From: Narcine bancroftii
Lineage: Eukaryota
Reading direction: 5' to 3'
Length of the DNA: 64,000 nt
Assembly: GCF_036971445.1 (NCBI RefSeq)
Contig: NC_091480.1
Coordinates: forward strand, 80,786,001 to 80,850,000
Below, in pieces: positions 62,228 through 64,000 of this stretch. Each line of letters begins with the position of its first letter. Position 1 is the stretch's first letter. The notes beneath the pieces are model-generated. The model had not been told where the DNA came from. It searched no databases and worked only from the letters and a program-made list of their open reading frames with translations. A program made the translations under genes and the position numbers.

Positions 62228-62829
62228 CTACAAGTGAAAACAAAATGGGGGAGGATTGGTCTTCAGCATAGAACTGCGTCTCATTCAGTGAACAAGCCAA
62301 GCTGCGACTTGCCTCCTCTGCTCCAGTCTCCCTGCTCACTGCACCGTGTCATCCCAGTCCAGCCACACGGTCCTCACCTGTCCCATCAGAAGGAAGTTTC
62401 ACAAGGGTGAAATTACACACCACCCGATTCAAGGATAGTTTCTTTCCTGGACAAATCTCATACCCATTAAACTATGTTGCCTTTCGCCATGTAATTGCAC
62501 TTCTGTACTATGTTTTACTTGCAGTACAAAGTATGGAATATCTTGCTAGACTGCTTGCAAAGCAAACATTTTTCTCTTCAGCATATGTGCACGACAATAA
62601 ACTTGAACTGCCATCTCTGCACTGATCTCACAACTCATTGCCGTACAGCAGTAGGAAAGCCTCTACTCCGATTCCCACTCAGTTTTACAATGGGTTGGGA
62701 CCCTCGAGTTCGTACTGTCCCAGTGCATGCCGGCTCCAGTTGTTCCCTTTGCCATTAGACATAGAGATACTGCAAGACAACAGGCCTTTCTAGCCAATCA
62801 AATCTGAACTGACCTTTAACCATATAACC

Positions 62830-63200
62830 ATTTATGGAGCAGAAACAGGCCATGTTGGCCTTTCGAGTCCGCACCGGTTCACTGATTTTGTGCACCCTCT
62901 TCAGGCATTGGTCCCGGTAGATCTTCATTCAATAACGATGGGCGAATTCAATGCAGGTGTCTGCATTAACTTCCATCTGCCATTTTTCAGCCCATTTTTC
63001 CAGCTAGTCCAGATCCCTCTGCAAGCTTTGAAAACCTTCTTTCCTGTCCATAACACCTCCAATCCCTTTTAGTGTCATCTGCCAACTTACTGATCCAATT
63101 TACCACATTATCATCCAGATCATTGATATAGATGACAAACAACAATGGTCCCAGCATTGATCCCTGAGGCACACCACTAATCACAGGCCTCCAATCTGAT
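62830..63200 (-). mobile_element. CR1-like LINE fragment, internally deleted
   Basis: [33 protein letters not shown] motifs. Confidence 0.85.
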
Positions 63201-63662
63201 TCTGAGCAATCAATTATACATTTTTAAACCTATCCCTCCACATTCACCGCCCAGCCTCCATTTTCTACCACTCACCTACACACAAGCCACTTAACTATCA
63301 ACCCAGCAAAAACAATGCTGGAGCCCTTCATCAACGTTGGTTATGAATCTTAATCTTTGCTATATAAAGGACACTCTTTGACCTGCTGAGTTCCTCCAGC
63401 ATGGTGTTTTTATTTCAACCACTTGTGCTTTACCTCTAACTGCCACTTGTTTTTGGGATGTGGATTGATACCGGAACACAAGGAAACCCACACAGCCTCA
63501 TGGAGACTGTGCAAACTTGTCATGGGAAGCACTAGACATCAGGACTAAACCCAGGTTGCTGGAGACGTGAAGCAGCCACACCTTTAGCTGTTCCACTGTG
63601 CCATCCTGGGACTGGATCTCCTCTACGCCAATGTTGCAATGGCCAACGGCTATTGCCCTTTA

Positions 63663-64000
63663 CACTGGACAATGAAGATTTTGCTTCCTGAACACTTTTC
63701 AGCGTATTTTATGGATTTTGGGCTAATCACTAAAATCGCCTTTAAACTTTCCTTTCACATACTGTTTTTTAGATATAACCTATATTTGTGATCTCCTGAC
63801 ATTTCTAACAGGTCATTGAAAATTTATTTGCTGCATTCACACTTGGGTGTCTTCCCTGCTGATCCTGGTGCAGTCAGTGACGAACAGGGTAAAAGGTTTC
63901 ACCAGGACATTGCGATCATAGAAAAGCAGTATCAGGGCAACTGGAATCCATTAGTGCTGGATGACTATTGTTGGACACTGACACAAGAGGCATCAGATGC
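63663..64000 (+). mobile_element. Chapaev3-like DNA transposon deletion derivative, running off the window end
   Basis: 63813-64000 translates SLKIYLLHSHLGVFPADPGAVSDEQGKRFHQDIAIIEKQYQGNWNPLVLDDYCWTL; candidate terminus tta|CACTG at 63663. Confidence 0.65.

Noticed and set aside
1-64000. tRNA, rRNA or snoRNA genes
   Set aside because: None recognisable by eye, and SINE heads are degenerate; tRNAscan-SE and Infernal would be needed to exclude small ncRNAs.

Overview
Vertebrate genomic DNA. The repeat content (CR1-like, Rex1/Babar-like, Penelope-like, V-SINE-like) suggests a cartilaginous fish, but that is inference. The window holds the conserved block syntenic to human 17q21.2. In order: last coding exon of ACLY (+); complete KLHL11 (+, 2 exons, 649 aa); complete KLHL10 (-, 5 exons, 608 aa); complete NT5C3B (+, 9 exons, 299 aa if exon 1 contributes only the ATG); last three coding exons of FKBP10 (-, ending KDEL). 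All exon boundaries were read by hand and are GT-AG and phase-compatible. Introns and intergenic DNA are filled with decayed LINE/SINE fragments, solo LTRs with target-site duplications (TSDs), hAT and Tc1/mariner MITEs, a degenerate IR/DR Tc1 and a Chapaev3-like transposon end. No convincing new multi-gene system was seen. The best leads are regulatory or structural: (1) an array of 13 same-strand CCAAT boxes in KLHL11 intron 1; (2) an NT5C3B uORF whose stop codon depends on a NAGNAG splice choice; (3) a mixed cN-IIIA/cN-IIIB substrate pocket in NT5C3B; (4) a CpG island over KLHL10 exon 3; (5) locally templated duplications around KLHL10 exon 4.
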